Assembly (NCBI GenBank): GCA_964304625.1
Contig: OZ199838.1
Coordinates: 14,198,061 to 14,262,060 of the forward strand
DNA from: Kudoa neothunni
Taxonomy: Eukaryota > Animalia > Cnidaria
DNA: 64,000 nt
Direction of reading: 5' to 3'
The number at the start of each line of letters is the position of its first letter. Within the stretch, counting starts at the first letter, position 1. The notes under the pieces were generated by a model. It was given only the letters and a program-made list of their open reading frames with translations. It ran no database searches and was not told where the DNA came from. The position numbers and the translations under genes are program-made. Below are positions 1-12,600 of this stretch, one piece after another.

Positions 1-1035
1 GGTTATTTTAATCAAGATTTGCATTTATTATTTCTATAAATGATCGCTCGTCACGTTGTTTGTCTGTCGTTTTGTCCAAATGCTACCAGCTTCTTACTTT
101 AATCGACATCAGCTCATTCGGGGTAGCATAATAAATGCACTTGCTTATTTATTCACGTCACTGGATCCGAGGAAATCTTTGAGCATTGATAGTTTATATT
201 GGTGGAGCATAAATAATGACCACACACATGTATATCACTATTTTATCTGTTTTTTAATACATTATTTATAATAGAAAAATAATAATAGGAGAAAAGTTCA
301 GTATTAAAAAATAATTGCTATAATTAAGCCTCTGAAGGGCCGAGAAACGAGCCTTCTCAAACGTAACTTGAGGTCTGCGGGTTTCCAGAATTTCTTTTAT
401 CGCGTATATTTAAAACGTTATTAAGAATCGATATTTCATATACATTAAATAATTTTATCGATAAAGTATTTAGAAAATCGCCAATCATTGAATAGACTAA
501 TCCCCAATAATCCGATGTGGTGTAATTTTTCAATCAGACATAAGGAACATAAATTGGCGCGCTTGTACGAATAAAATATGAATATAATAAAGAGGAAATT
601 TTTTAAACTAATAAATTTGGTAAAATAAATATTTTTCTAATCAGTAGCGATTTAGGTATTTGTTAGAAAAATAAAGGCTACTGTAGAAAAATCCTCAATC
701 TTAACATCGTGGTGCTGTTTTACGATCACTTCTACAAGTTCAAAATAAGCCCTCTCTTCTAAAAAGCTTGAATTTAATGTGATTTATTCAATAGAATAAA
801 CAATTGATCTATTGATAATTTTCCCCATATTTATATTCATTCCCAAAAGTAGAGAACATACAGTTACAGGCAACTCTCTTAAAAAATCACGTTAACATCT
901 TTCTGCTTTGAAGACATACTAATCGAGACTAGAGGTTTAAAAAAGCGAGTATCCAAAATTTCCAAAGTAATTGGAAATTTCAAGACTAAGGAGATCATCT
1001 GAAATATGTGAGGGTTCAGCTACAATAGTGTACAT

Positions 1036-1551
1036 CAGGGGTCGGCAACCTTTTTGAGTGACCGGCTGAACAGACATGATTTACCCTAATTCTAATGCGA
1101 GTCGTATCAAAATTGATCTACAAACATTTTAATTTATCCTAATTTAAAATTTTGGATTGAAATGTATAAATAAGAATTTATAAAAAAATTTTTAAAATAA
1201 AAAAGTACATCAAATCAGAAATATTGTATTCTAATAATTTTCATTTCCAATGTAATCAACTCGTGCTTAACTTGTGAAAGAACGATTTAATGGATGATGC
1301 CAAATACCATGAGGTGTATCTATGTCTTTTTAAAAATATTTTATACTTTTATTGAAATAATTTTTACATTAGTTTAGCAATCATATTTATTCCGGTTTTC
1401 TGATTTAATGAAAATGAAGTTTAGCCGGCTAAAATGTTTACATCGACAATATATAAACATTTAGAAAAACGATCTAAATAACAACTTAAAAAGTAATCAG
1501 GTATTTTGGATATTAAGAAAAAACTGACGGGTCGTAGGTTGCCCACCCTTG
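1036..1551. mobile_element. Non-autonomous hAT (Buster-type) MITE
   Basis: TIRs CAGGGGTCGGCAACCT / AGGTTGCCCACCCTTG; flanked by 8-bp TSD gtgtacat / atgtacat (7/8 match, central TA). Confidence 0.85.
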
Positions 1552-2770
1552 ATGTACATAATCCAAAACCATTGTATGATGATATTTTATGGTTAATTTT
1601 AACATCTAATTTATATTTATGAATGCTAGGAGCTTCTACACATTTATGTGATAATATTAAACACTTAATTAATTATATGATGGTGTAAGACCTCGTTTTG
1701 AAACTGAATACTTTTGGTTTATACGCCTAAGTACGAGACGCCCCAACAAATATCGCCTACACTATTTGCGTGTTACCGCCGCTCGCTAATAAAATAGTCA
1801 AAATATATAATATTGGAATTTCAATATCTATTACATTTTATTATTTATTCTAATCGCTCAAATAATTTGAAGTATTTAATTAATTCAACGAATTATGAAA
1901 TCTTAATTAATGAAATTAGGTGACCATTTCCAATAATACGTAATGTAAAGTTTTCTTAACTTTACAAATAAGCTTCGATTTGAAATAATTAAAATATTCA
2001 TTATAAACAAGGCACAGTTATAGTTAACTAAATTGTAGGTTTTATTTCGAATCTGTGACTTTACACATATAATTCTTCATATAAGAATTAAACAGTCTCG
2101 ATTTTTCAAAGACTTAGTTGAGAAGTATTGACTTAACATATTTTCCCTATTCAACAACAACTAGAAATTCAACCAATTTTACTGTTTAAGAATATAATTT
2201 TGCGCGTTTTTTGGATGATAACTAAATAGAAAATGAGGTCTCATGTTCAGTGAAACATTTTATAAAGACTAATTTTTAAAATAATGCATCTGTAGAATAT
2301 TATGATGGTTAAGACAAAATTAAACCATTTCGTTTTGCACGAAAACAATTGCTACCAGTGAGATAGAAATAATTAATATCCATCCTAAAACTATAAATTC
2401 ATATTTATTATCAGCTAATAAAAGGCTTTTAGGCTTATAATACAGAATAACCAATTCTGTTTCAAGTTCAGTTTATTCTTCTATAAGGTGTGGTTTTTAG
2501 AGTTGCAAAAATTATAACACATTTATTTATCTTAAAATTTTTACAACTATCACAGATAAAGATTTATGTGAGATTGAAGTTGGAAAATAACTCAAAAGAA
2601 TAAATTTTAATCCAAAACGAATTATTTTTGCTACCAATGCACGCGCAGCATTTCACATAGCCCCTCCCCGATCGCTCTGTATCTGGATAGGTGCCACAGG
2701 TGATGTGACCAAATTTTTCAAATTCTTAATTCAAGTTCATTTAGGTGTATAGGCCTACAACGAACCACTA

Positions 2771-3332
2771 ATGTCATCTTATCTGGACCGATTCAAAAAA
2801 AATAAGGAGAAAGCATGTCGAACATGTGTTAATTTTGATCAATGGATAAAGAGCTTTTCTGATAAAGTATGTCCACCTCTGTGATCAATTTGTGATAACG
2901 ATTCACTTTAGAAAAAAGAAAATGTGACTGAAAATCGAAAGGATTGTCCGTTGGATAGTGTCGAATTGGGTCAACATAGTTGGGCGTTCCTTCACACCAT
3001 GGCTGCCTACTACCCAGTAAAACCTACTCCTCAAGATCAGCAAGATATGAAAGATTTGATTAGATTGTTCAGCAAATTTTATCCTTGTCAACCGTGTGCT
3101 GAACATCTTCAAGAAAGGTATCAATATGTGAAGTTTTCGGATGGTACGTGAGTTAATTTTTAGTCTTAAATTACCTGAATTAACTCCGAAAACAACCTCA
3201 AATGAAGAACTTACACAATGGTTCTGTAAGCTGCATAACCATATAAACAAATATCTCGGAAAACCTGAATTCGATTGTTCCAAGGTGAATCAACGTTGGT
3301 ACTCTGGCTGGGATGATGGCAGTTGTGGATGA
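2771..3332 (+). CDS. GFER: FAD-linked sulfhydryl oxidase ALR/Erv1 (3 coding exons: 2771-2866, 2912-3117, 3164-3332)
   Basis: CRTC shuttle motif, [33 protein letters not shown] redox Cxx[28 protein letters not shown]; 45- and 46-nt GT-AG introns keep the frame; probable 5'UTR intron 2700-2744. Confidence 0.95.
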
Positions 3333-3789
3333 TCGCAACAACAATAACAAATTACACTCATAAAATTGTATATCCTTTTTTATTGCAAAGCCTATAAAGT
3401 TATTTATCGACAGCGTTACTTACATATATTTGTTATATAATTATCTCTGTAATAATCTGTATATAGTTGTATTTATTATAATCCGTTTATTCGTTTTTAT
3501 TTTATATGTAGTAAGGCAGCAACCCTATATAGCTACATAGCTACATAGCATAGATAGGGTTGATATTGAAACGATACTTTATGAATATTGTTGAGCATAT
3601 CATATATATTGACTATTAGAATTGTCCTTCCATTATCTCGATACATATTTGTTGTCAATAACAGACTTGAAAAGAATGAATTAAAATTTTAATCAAACGC
3701 GTCGTTTTTGGCCGAGATAGCTCGAGAAGTCGGTCGGTTCTTTCAAAGCCCAATATCTCGTAGGCCGCACCTAATAATTTTACATTTAA

Positions 3790-4816
3790 ATGGAGATTTT
3801 GGATTGCGTTTGGAGTATTGATTGGCTGAGGGGATTGATCAAATATATAATTCGACTAATCACAGGAAAGTCTGAGATACAACGCATATGCACATCGAAC
3901 AACTATTCCGATCATTCAGTCTCTCTTGTAAATAGGTGTGTGCGCTCGATGGAACGATCCAGATATACACAACTACACGAGGCTGCGCTTTGTGATAATG
4001 TGGATTGTATAATCGAATACACCGATGTGGTTTTTTTTCTTAAACTATATTCAACCAATGTGAGTGATGTATTCTATCAGCAAACCATTGACGACAATTT
4101 CATTTTCTATGACAATCTCAAATATGTGATTAAACACATTTATGAATATAACACTTTGATAAACATGATTGAGAAGAGGAAAAATGTTGCATTCGATAGG
4201 AATGACCCTGTGCATATGAATAAATTGAGGTCTGTATGGCGACATCTCAACTCTAAAACTGCCGAGTTTCCTGAAGGCAGGAGTGAGCATTGGAAACATT
4301 TAGGATTTCAGGTAGATATTTTATTCGGCTTGCTAGCTAGTCTAGTAGGTGTGATGTTTTGTGTTAGTTTTTATTTAATTGTGAATTAAGGGGTTACTGC
4401 CGGAGACCGATTTTCGTGGTGTGGGAATGTTGGCGCTCGATGCGTTAGAATTTTTTTGCCGCCAGTCCAATCCCTCATTAAATGAAACTCTCGATTCCAA
4501 ATGTCTATTTAACGAATCTTTAGAAGAACCTTATGGCTACCCATTTGCTATCGGGATTATCAACCTTTTGAACTCTCAAGTGGACCTACTCAACCAAGGT
4601 CTTCTAAGAAATATTATCATGGTCAACCATGAGAATCGTTATGAATATGTAACGATGAATGATTCAAATTTGAACAACTTTTGGTTATTTTTTCGACAAT
4701 TTTTCTATGGATTTCATCAATTTTGGATGACCAGCAAACAACAAAATATACTCAATTTCAATATTTTAAAGAAAATATACACTGATAACTGTGTCAAGAA
4801 TCTAAAAGATGGATAA
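3790..4816 (+). CDS. ELMOD: ELMO domain-containing protein (ARF/ARL GAP), 2 exons (3790-4311, 4391-4816)
   Basis: Splicing the 79-nt intron gives the signature WKHLGFQ|GLLPETDFRGVGMLAL; downstream YGYPFAIGIINL; N-terminal ITGKSEIQRIC as in ELMOD1/2. Confidence 0.9.
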
Positions 4817-5116
4817 CTTTATAGTTTTATAGTGATGTTTAAAATGTACTGTTTTTGTTGAGTTTCAAATAAATGTCTCTATCTTTTTTTGTAAACTTAT
4901 CTGATTGCATTTCTAAGTTAGCTGGGTCTTAGTAAATTTTTTAATTCACTATCTTCGATTAGCTCACTATAGGGGCGGTCTTTAATCGTTCCGATGCTTT
5001 CAAACCTTATCTGCCTAATGGTACACTTCTTAAAATCCATCAGTTTATTTAATATTCTGTGGTTAATTATACGCTGTGACTATTATTGGGAGAATTTAAT
5101 CCTAGTTGGTATATAC

Positions 5117-5925
5117 CAGGGATGGCCAGACCTGCCCGGATCGAGAGCCAACCTTAAGGTTGTCCAAATTTTCAAGAGCCACATAGCATTAAAATCATTT
5201 ATAAACTTCTTTCTTATGTAAAACTTACATTTTTGTAAAATTTTTGATAAATGTTGTAGAATTATAAATACAGTAGGCAACCGATAATACGCGCCAAAGA
5301 TGCGTGAAATTTTATTTTGTGTTTTCATTCTTTTCCAGCATGAGTAATACAGTAGATTTTTAGAATAGAATAACTAAAAATGCGTTATTAAGATTATTTG
5401 ACTGAAAAATAATTTGTAAACTTTTACATTGGGATAAGATTTCGTAAATAGTCAGTTCTACGAAATTATAAATTTTGTTTTACTTTATATTTATTTTTAA
5501 CCCCATTATGAAAAAAAACGTTTATACATTTTGACCATACAAATGTTAAAAAGTTCATCTTACTATTAAATTTGGATACAGCGTATATTGTAAAGTGTCT
5601 AATGACGACTATTATTGCGCTTTTAGATACATTTTGGAATAATTCCACATTATTTATAATATTCCCACAAAAATTCAACTGTTAAAATTTTAATTTTATC
5701 CTCGTTTCCAACAAACAAGAATTCAATCTTCGTGGTTTGGCCGAAAAAAGTGCTTACTATGGTTAGTCACATGATATAGAAGATTGGCAATTTCCTTGTT
5801 TTATTCAAAAAGATTTTAATGACTTTTACCTTTTTGCAATCATAAAAATATTTTAAAACGCATCACATAATATAAACCTTGAATACGTCGTATTGATGAA
5901 AGTGCGCATTATCGGTTACCTAATG
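5117..5925. mobile_element. 5' part of the composite Buster-type hAT element (second copy of 17762-18462)
   Basis: Starts CAGGGATGGCCAGA; about 700 bp of clear similarity to 17762-18462 (e.g. aaattttcaagagccacatagcattaaaatcatttata); right hAT end absent. Confidence 0.85.
5271..5925. mobile_element. Tc1/mariner(pogo)-like MITE nested in the hAT element
   Basis: TIRs CAGTAGGCAACCGATAATACGC / GCGCATTATCGGTTACCTAATG, preceded by TA. Confidence 0.75.
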
Positions 5926-5958
5926 CATCTTTTTGTTCAATTAAGGGTGAATTCATAA

Positions 5959-6360
5959 ATTGCACTTGCTGTGGCTTCGTGTAGAATTTCTGAAATACTG
6001 TTTCCTGATGGTAAGGCAGCATACCATGTATTCAACTCGCCGTGAGATTATCTTACGACGGCATCGTTGTATACAGAAGATATAAGGGAACGAGATTGGC
6101 TGAATTACTTGAAAAATGAAATACGATTATTTGGATAAATGCACTATGGCCAATAAAATTGTTCCCAAGACTCTAGATTTAATTCTTTAAGATATAACTG
6201 AACGAGATGTTTATTTAAGTGGAAAAACAAAAATTATATCTGAAAATTCCCCCGAACCCTACCTGTAATTGTAATCCCAGGAGGTGATCACGTAAAAGTA
6301 TTCTTAAAGTCATATTTGCGGCAAAAAGTAAGGAGCTCAGAGCTTATCATGAATAAGAGG
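5959..6360 (+). pseudogene. Helitron PIF1-type helicase remnant
   Basis: Degenerate translation IALAVASCRISEILFPDGKAAYHVF...LAELLEK*NTIIW/KCTMANK..KTLDLIL*DI...LSGK...TLPVI...SYLRQKV matches Helitron helicase motifs (AVASSGIAA.LL.GG.TAHS.F; IIWDE.TM; FGGK....GDFRQ.LPVI); contains stops and frameshifts. Confidence 0.8.
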
Positions 6361-6685
6361 GATTTGCTGAGCAAATATCGCCATCGCGATAACTTTTCAT
6401 GCAATACTCGTTATACACTAACATATTCAAATACTTGAATCTTCTATGATTTATTTCTAAAATAAATTTAAAAAATAAGGTGTTTAAATAAGATTTCAAA
6501 AATAATTCAAGGAGCCATCCCGTATTTTATCGCACAGAATCATAATTATTTGCAGTATTATTAACAGCGCCTATGGAATTCAAATTATAAAAAGTTGCAC
6601 AAATACAGCAGTTAGTCTAATTAAACAACAGAAATAACATAGATAATAAGTTAAACAAAAGAATATTTTTCCTTAATAAAACTTA

Positions 6686-9600
6686 TTAGTCAACATGAAA
6701 TTGATCATCTTCATTTAGAATATTGTTAAGTTCAAGATAGGTAATAAGATTCTGCATGATAAGATTCATAGTACCATAAGGTCCACTAGGAGCACTATCA
6801 TAGAAAAATCGACAAATAGAATTGTATCCATTGCAACGACGGCTTTGTGGTTTTCTGTTGGCACAACAACAGGTAGCGTCTCCATTTATATTGGCCTTCA
6901 AATATAAATCAGTCACAGAGATTGTCAATAGAGATTAGCACAGTACTTGATGTCGAAGGAAAAGATCATTGCTTTCAGTAATAATATAATCTATAGGGAA
7001 AGTGTGGTCAAGATAGATAGGTTTTTTTAGTTGTTTTATGAGTGATGTAAAAACGCTGATAACTTCCACAGCTAGTTGCCGATACTCCGGTTCGAAGAAT
7101 GCACCTAGGGCAGTTTCAACGCGTAGAGCGAATTTCATTTCTCCGGGTGTCATCTAAGTGTAATATGATCTATATATTTACCACAAAAAGCTGCGACAAC
7201 AAAAAGTGTTAGTCATGTGTAACTTACCTCAAAAATAATTTCATTACTGAGATTGTAGTTGGCAAAAGAGATTCCTTTACTCTAATTATGATCAACATTT
7301 TAGCCCATGAGTGAGAGAAATTATTCATATTGAAAAAATCAGTAATGAGCTAACATGTTTCAGTATAAACCACACATCTTTGAAGAATGATTCATAATAG
7401 TTGTTGAGTGCACCGTCAAGACTTCGCCTACGATACCAAAGTCCCATACTTTCGTCAGCAGTTCGACCACTAGCACTAGCACAGGAATCGACGTCGGTTT
7501 CCTCGGCGTTCAAGTTCAACATGACACTCTGAACAACATTACATCCAATAAAATAAACAAATTTAAACATGTATAATTTAATATAGAGATGTATGATAAG
7601 ATAAAGAGGGTTTGTAGTAACCTTGGTGCGGGACTTTTTCTTAAACCTCTCATTTCCTATAATGTTAATCTTGTTTCCATCTACTTATCAACCACATAAA
7701 CATCACAGCCTGCTTATAGGTTCATCTACCTCGTTTCAAAAGAAACTCTTTGCGATATAATATTAATGAAAGCAATTTGATCACGTCAGCAGGTGGTATA
7801 TTTAGAAAAACATCCATAACTTGCTCATCTATATTGTTCAATATGCCGACAATTTATTAATAATTATTTCGATTAATTAGAGAAATTAGAGAAATTAGTT
7901 AATAATTTCTAAACCTTTGAGGTGGAGATTCCTGGAAAATTCACTCAACAACACATTCAAAATGATTCCCACACGAATACGTAACATGCCATTAAACAAC
8001 TCGGGACTAGTTTTAATAAGCATAGATATGTAAGCGATAATTTCCTATCGGTCAACTTATTTTATCAATCGTAACCAATTGTGTTACTTGAGTGAGCAAT
8101 CTATAAATAGCTGTGTTAGGATAGCATTGATAGAGAATTTCTTGAAGTTGTACATCGGATAATGGTCTAGAGTTGTATTCAATTAAAGTAGAAACGTTTG
8201 TGCACAAATAAGTATATTAGGCCTACTTGTCAATAACTTTCTCAGTGGCATTTGAATGGCCGACAGTAAGCTGTTTTTCTCTTACAATAATATCAGAGCA
8301 AGCCTAAAGTAACAAATAAAATCTAGGCTAGATTCAAACGTGCTCTCAAATTTGAAGTTTTTAATTACTTGGCTCAAATTATCCATGTGAATATTTAGAT
8401 GGGCGGCTACACTTCTGATATATCTCCACAGTAGATTTTCACATACCTAAAATATAAAATTATCCTCACTTAGCTACCCCGGCCATTTTTATTTCAATGT
8501 GATCATTGACCCACACAAATTTAATCCAAAAATAATTTAATGTATGTCTAATCCAACTCAATTTTTATTCTATACAGCTAGCTTTATAGGTCACATATAA
8601 ATCAAATTTGTTTCCATCTTTTAAGTTAATTATTTATGATCCATCCCTTTTATATCAAAGTCATTAAATAATTGGCAGTTATACTACATATAGAAGATTA
8701 AATTTGCATGGGCCTATCGACATTTTTTATATTTTTATTCTTTGAGGTGTTATTATTACTCGTTGGTAAAGTTCGTTCAACAGTGACTCTACAGTGCCAT
8801 GGTAACCACTGTTTGATAGAACTATTTCAAAATTCCCTCCACTAAAAGCAAGTAAAATATTCAACCGAACACTATCACAATCAAATAAATACAACATATT
8901 GTGTAGATTGAGAATAGCGTAAACTTTAGCGCGGAATGATTTGGAGTTTTCCAAGTCTCTGATTAAGTCTTCATATTTATAGTTGAGATTAACATTGGAT
9001 GTTTCCAGTGAATCTTCTGTAACGGATTATTAGTCAAGCTTACGGCAATTGTTTACCGAAATGATTGTACACATTAAGTGTATCGCTTTGAGAACAGAGG
9101 TGCGGTTCGGAGTCGGAGTGTGAACTGAACTCATTTGATACCTCAAATATAGAATTTGAATCTTTTCCGTGGTTGGTATGATTTGATGTTAGATTTTCCA
9201 GCTAACCATTAGTACTCATATTGGACAATCATATCAAATATTAATTTTTTTAATGGTGAATTACATCGAATATGGTGGTTGTGTTTTTTCTGGGTTTTTT
9301 GGAAGATCTGATTGCGTGCTTTGCGATGCCTAAATTTTTATTTTAATAGAAATCTCAAAATGCAAATTTTTTTATTATAATATTTTAATTGTTCGTGATA
9401 GTCATAATACTTATTATTTATTTATTCAATTATTCAGTGAAACTTTATATCAACAAATTCTATCATAAGTTTACTCTGAACAAGAGCACCACTTATGAAT
9501 TTGAGATTCACAATACAAGCAGTGTTCAAATGGTTGTAGATATAATCCAAGTTGACCCTGTAAAAAGAAATTATAGGGATCCACACATAATTCAACAACC

Positions 9601-12600
9601 AACCTGATACCCATATAGTTTCCTGCTTGAAATCTTTTAATCATTTCCATAAAAAGAGGAAATTTTTTAACATCTATATAGCAATTAAAAGAAAACAGAT
9701 TTCTTTCAGTCTACCTAAGAGTGTTTCTTTTATTGGAATGATAATAGTGGGCCGACCCTGCAATATCCAATTTGTTCTAAGGTACTCTATTTCGATGGTT
9801 AACAGCTTCACAAAAAGATCTGAGTCCAAATAGAGATAAAAATGTTTTTGATCTAGTAGCTATTTGGAAAGAAAATTAATCAATAATTTGATCCATTTTT
9901 GTTATTAAATTATAATATAATCATAACAAGAACACATACTTGAGGGTAAAATCCATATGTGTAGGTGTCAGTTCTGTAGAAAATCGAAGTAGACAATGTT
10001 TCGGCACTATTGAACGCCCTAAAAACTCCTATTTTATCAGGGTAATCGTTTCACAGAAGAGCTACCTGCCACTCAAACCCGATTTGGAACATCGACCCAA
10101 GTGACCATATATTCTGTTAAGCTCAGAAGCTGGAAGTATGGTTTTCACTATAGGATCATCTGGTGAATGGATTGGCACATTGATTTGACTCATAAGGTCA
10201 TAAGAGTTCATATCTTTGGCAACCAAAGCAACTATTTTTTTGCATATTACAATTCCCTGCCAAATCAAGCACTACCTTGAATAACAGAACTGTGTTTTAG
10301 GGAAAATTTGTATCTTCGATTCAAAGGGTCAATATCTGCAGGCGCGAGGAGTTCCTGTAAGACAATTTTGTAAAATTATTCAAAATAAAATATTTTTAGC
10401 AGTTTTATTTCTCCGACGGTGATATTATTCTTAAATTTGACTTTCTAATATATTTTTTATACGTAGAGATTATATGGAAACAATTAATGAAAAAATATCA
10501 ATTAGATAACTATACATTAAGTTTTGAAACTAAAAGATTAAAATATACTTTTGCCCGTCGAGTCTAATAAAAATTGAAACACGCGATATATCAATTTGGT
10601 TTTTTACACGTTCATCTCAAAAATTTCTTTTTCTCATAATTATGCTTTTAATTTTCTTTAAACCATAAGAAAATATTTTAAAGTTTAATAGAATTTTCGT
10701 AAAAAATGTTTATATGAATTAATAACAACAATGTTTATTTTGTAATGAGAATAATATGAACAAATGTTAATCACCACAAATCAGACTTATTTCTATATTA
10801 TTACGAAAATAACAAGTTACGAAAAATTAATAAAATATAAAAAAATAATCACGTAAATTGAAATGAAAATAACTGAATTCCTTAATGAGATTTTTAATAT
10901 TTTAGCAATTTTTATCGACTACACTTAAAAACGAAATCTTTTAGCTAATTATGAAATATTCTCGATTCTCAACCATGTGTATAAATTGTTTCATGAACTA
11001 ACCTTTAAAAAAACAGCCAAGAAATTAAATTACCTCATGAAATATCATACACAAAATATACAACGACTGAGCCCACATAAATGGTATATGTATGCCTGGA
11101 AGTCGTTCTTGAGAATGAGGGTTTTTAATCTCTTGATCCACCTTGATAATGATGTGATTAAAAATTCGATAAATACACGAACTAAAACCTTATCCTCTGG
11201 CACATAATATAGTTGTGGTACCATTGGAATATTTCCTTGGTATACGCACAATACATCAGAGAGCTTTTTGTAATATTCTTCAGCCTATAATAGTCGTGGA
11301 TTAGTCTACAATAATTAGTATCCTAGCAGCATAATTCGTTTAAGCTTAAATTTAAATTTAACTATAATATAATTTTATCCAAATCAAACCTATAGCAGTT
11401 AAGAATTATAATTTTTAATAAAAAGATAAACAAACATCTCAAATGTAGATCTCACTTGTTTTAGATCCTCTGAAAAGTAGCCATCGATACACATATAAGC
11501 GAAGAATAGAGGCCATTCACATTCGATATTTTCAAACTTTTCCAATTCCACCAAGTCATAATGAAGTTTGTGTGGATCCTGTGAATTTTTGCGAAAGACA
11601 ATGCATATGTGTGTGCTAAGAATAACAAACAATATTTACCGATCTGACTGTGCAATAGCCGTCTCGAAGGAACCTCTTAAAACCATATCGACCCTTTCAG
11701 GAAGAGGATTAAATTTAATTTAATTTGGAAATCGATTACTTCTAATTTATTTTTAATCGCTGATTTGGTCGTATCCATGAGATTTTGATCATCCACACAA
11801 AACGCAGGGAAGCCAATAATACTTAGTAGACTTGAACCAATCTCCTAAACAATTTAATCAGCATAAATTTCATATACTCAACGGTATTCTTGATAAATAC
11901 TTTTGATAATGATTCTCTCGGCAGCATAGATTTTAATATTGTCTAAATTTCAGATGTAAATTTACTACGCACAAGTTAGCAATAAGCACATTGCAATGTT
12001 GGATGTTGTCGGGTTGGACGTGGATAAGGGAGCTGGGACCGCCAGTAGATCCGAATAAATTAAAGTCTGTCAACGCCTCCATAGCAGCCTAATTCTATTA
12101 ATACACCTCTGCCCAATCACATGAGTTAAACCTTAGCCATTCCTATAGAACAAGCATTCAACTCAGGCACACCATTGTTGGTCTTGTCACCGCGTTCCCA
12201 AACCCCATAATCCTACATAGGAGAAAACAAATATAGATCGGCTAAATTTTATTTTGCCAAAATACTGGAGTCTTAAATGCCTTCTCTATGTAGAATACCA
12301 GATTTTGAATGAAGCAAACCTCATCCAGTGTATTTACAATTTGTAATCCTATTAGTAATGAACAACAGTTTTTTCATTTTAAACAAATATTAAAAATATG
12401 GTCCTGTTATTTTAAAGAATGTCAACTCTTTCTATCCAATAAACTTGAGTGTTAATGCTAATGAATTAACTAAAAATTAATAATGAATACTATTTACAGT
12501 TACATTTACATTTATGTACCAGCGCAACAACTTAGCACCCTTAATTGAACAATTACAAAACTTTCGCTACAAAAATCTCAACAAGTTAGGAAATATTAAA

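Noticed and set aside
329-388. Hammerhead/Penelope-like CTGAAG...GAAAC motif
   Set aside because: The core does not match CUGAUGA...GAAA with the required stems
2700-2770. Acceptor-like AG sites just upstream of several start codons (GFER, PKG, COE, Mxd, Aurora), suggesting spliced-leader trans-splicing
   Set aside because: GFER has a matching upstream donor giving an ordinary 45-nt 5'UTR intron (2700-2744), plausible donors exist for COE and Aurora, and T-rich YAG sites are common in AT-rich DNA
2903-3283. Antisense ORFs over GFER (and similar ones at 4051-4299, 15773-15973, 16403-16597, 53668-53853, 62921-63142)
   Set aside because: Shadows of real coding exons on the opposite strand; no recognisable motifs
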